Positions 61,671 to 64,000 of a stretch of DNA of 64,000 nucleotides are shown one piece after another. The notes beneath the pieces were generated by a model. It made no database searches, was not told where the DNA came from, and saw only the letters and a list, made by a program, of their open reading frames with translations. This DNA comes from Callorhinchus milii (taxonomy: Eukaryota): NCBI RefSeq assembly GCF_018977255.1, contig NW_024704742.1, positions 2,048,001-2,112,000 of the forward strand, given 5' to 3'. A program made the position numbers and the translations under genes. Position 1 is the stretch's first letter. Each line of letters opens with the position of its first letter.

Positions 61671-63739
61671 GTGCAAGCTAGAAAGAGTGTGTAAGGTTGC
61701 ATTTATAAATTGCCTGTCACATTAGATAAACATCTTGAAGCATTTTACGAAATAAAATTGATTAGAAAGGAAGTGCATGTTGCTTTGTTGTCGAATGCAG
61801 CAGCTAATTTGTGCCAACAAAGTCCAACAAACAACTGGAGATGCTTATTCAATTTTACGTTCATTTAAAGACAAAGGAGGTGGGACGTCACCACCAATCC
61901 ATTGGGATCTGATTTGTGGCATTTCTTAAAGCGATCCCTTGTTAAGGAATCCGAGTCAGGGCAAATGGGACTTCTACTGATAACTCAAAGTACGTCACCG
62001 CTATCATCAGAACTCCCTTCCTGAGGATTGACTGGAATTCTAAAGGAATTCTGCAAATGATGCCTCTCTTTAAATAACTTTTACCACTGACGGTCACAGG
62101 GAGATTGGTTTCTTTCGTTGCCAATGCTGTCTAGCGTTCTTTGACTCCGCTACTGCTTCAGAAAAGACAGCTTAGCTGATGTAGTGCATTAGCACAGAAG
62201 CCCTGATGGATGACTCAACTGAGAGAGACATATGTTCTTTGCCAATTGTCTCATCTGCTTCCCTTCCGAAGGCGTTTTTAATTCATCAACCTCTGATCTG
62301 AAAAGATCTTGTATCATCCTCCACCGTGACACTAAGCTTCCAGCTACAGGGAGAATCCAACACCAAATTGTAGTCAAGTAGCCTGTTACCAGTCGCTGTC
62401 AAAGGCTTGTACAAGAATAACAATGTACAACTTGGCTGATGGGCCAGAGGAGGTCTGCTGCCTGCGAACCTGTACCTTCTTTGGTGGGAAGAGGAGTGCC
62501 GAGGCACTCGAGAGGGCAGCGAGGGAGAAAAATGTAACGTTGAGACATTTGGCCTCAGCAGAATTTGATGAGCACGAGGATCTCCACAACTCTTCAAGGA
62601 GGAGCATCAGTAGACAAGTTAAGCACTCTGCAACGTTAACCTGCGTGAGGGGTGCTATATAAATCCAAGTTGTTGTTGTTGTTGTTGTAATCGGTAAGGT
62701 CAGAAGGAAGGTTACCTTCGCCATCCAGTGCTGTTGTTTGGCATCGCTGAATAAGTAATAAAATTCGACAGAAATTGTACTTTAATGCAGGTAATCGGAA
62801 AACACAATGTATAATGAATGACGAATAGATGAGAATTGGCTTAGCAGGAGTGTGGTTAACGGCAATGGGGGCTGGCAGCTAAACTGGGACACGCCGGCTA
62901 CGTTTCATCTACATCCGGAGATCCCGTGCACGGTCCGGCATTAGAAGGAGGAAATCCCACATGGAAACAGTTTAATGGACTGCTTTCTGGGAAGGTTGTG
63001 GTTTGCTGAAGAGAAAGCAAGACTGTTGGATAAAGGTCAACCAGCAAGGGTAAAATCTGCTTTCCTTTCAAACACTGTCACATAGCTCAGACACCACCAA
63101 CCCCCCTCCACACACACACACACACACACTTACACAGTGTGAGATGTCAGTCAACTGTCTGACTCTCTGAAGTGCTTTGAACCATCGCCATCCTCCTGAC
63201 ATGAAAGGCCCTAGATAAATGTAAATTGTTATTATAAATGACAACAATTGAACATATTTGATTCCATATTAATTGCTGCTTCGGCTGCAGATAAGCAAGA
63301 GCTGATTAGATCTGCGGGTAATTTGTGACATACTGTGACGCTCACTATTTTCGCCAACAAAATACACAGTCAGTCGACTTTGCAATATATTCTGTTCTTT
63401 GCTTTGAGACGTCTCAATGATGTGATAAGGTGCTGTATCCAATGCAAGGATTATTATTACTATATTATAAGCGTTAAGGCATAGACGGAGGGTTGTTTTG
63501 GCTTTGTCACAGCGAACACTCGAGCCACATCGGATGGAGCGGAGATGTCAACATTAGACTGAAGAAAAATAGCTCTCATTCAGAAGTTGATGTCTGACAG
63601 GCAACTGGTCATATACACAATGGTTTGGGAGTCGAGGAAGAGAGATAGAGTTGGGTGTCATCTGATTACCATTGAAAATGTCCAGCACCCGATTTTCCTA
63701 AAGCAGCTCAGTGTGGCCTTCAGTTACATTGACATTATT

Positions 63740-63925
63740 AATAATAATAATAATAATTTGATCTTTCAATCCATGACTGTTTGTGGGGACGCTGCTGTGC
63801 GCAATTGGCTGCCGGGTTTGGCCCACAAAAATATACAGTCAATTCGCTTTGCGGTATATTCTGTGAAGCGCTTTGAGTCGGTTCAACGGCGTGATAAGGC
63901 GCTCTAATCAAATGCAAGGGGTTAC
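63740..63925 (+). mobile_element. SINE 3' half
   Basis: GACTGTTTGTGGGGACGCTGCTGTGCGCAATTGGCTGCC...GTGATAAGGCGCT...AAATGCAAGG. Confidence 0.8.
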
Positions 63926-64000
63926 TGCGGTTTATGTAAAAGTGAGCCCCAGGTCTGTGGGTGATGTTGCCCTGCGTGAATATGCAGATAGTGAAGATGA

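Noticed and set aside
62423..62662. 79-aa ATG ORF with protein-like composition
   Set aside because: Ends inside an L2-type tail; no splice signals or recognisable homology.
1..64000. CRISPR array, prokaryotic operon or defence system; conserved vertebrate miRNA, snRNA or rRNA genes
   Set aside because: Repeats are dispersed retroposons or microsatellites, not regularly spaced repeat-spacer units, and gene density is eukaryotic. I recognised no known small-RNA sequence by eye; an Rfam/miRBase scan is needed to exclude them formally.

Overview
This is eukaryotic, almost entirely non-coding vertebrate DNA. The repeat content points to a cartilaginous fish (chimaera/elephant-shark-like): tRNA-headed SINEs carrying Deu-domain sequence, L2 LINE 3' ends and CR1 LINE fragments. 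That assignment is inference, not a database result. No complete protein-coding gene, intact RNA gene, CRISPR array or prokaryotic system is supportable. Nearly all ORFs in the supplied track are chance frames or translations of repeats. The only gene-like signal I can defend is a candidate + strand terminal exon with a poly(A) signal at about 5275-5660. The rest reads like a gene desert or giant intron, with decayed retroelements interleaved with repeat-free blocks rich in homeodomain motifs (candidate enhancers). The most interesting observations are: a near-identical inverted SINE pair about 0.47 kb apart; two SINE subfamilies whose tail stem-loops differ, one matching the local L2 tail; an A-tailed interspersed repeat family I cannot name; and a candidate recursive splice site at 49994/49995. 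Repeat boundaries were set by eye and are approximate (about +/-20 bp).
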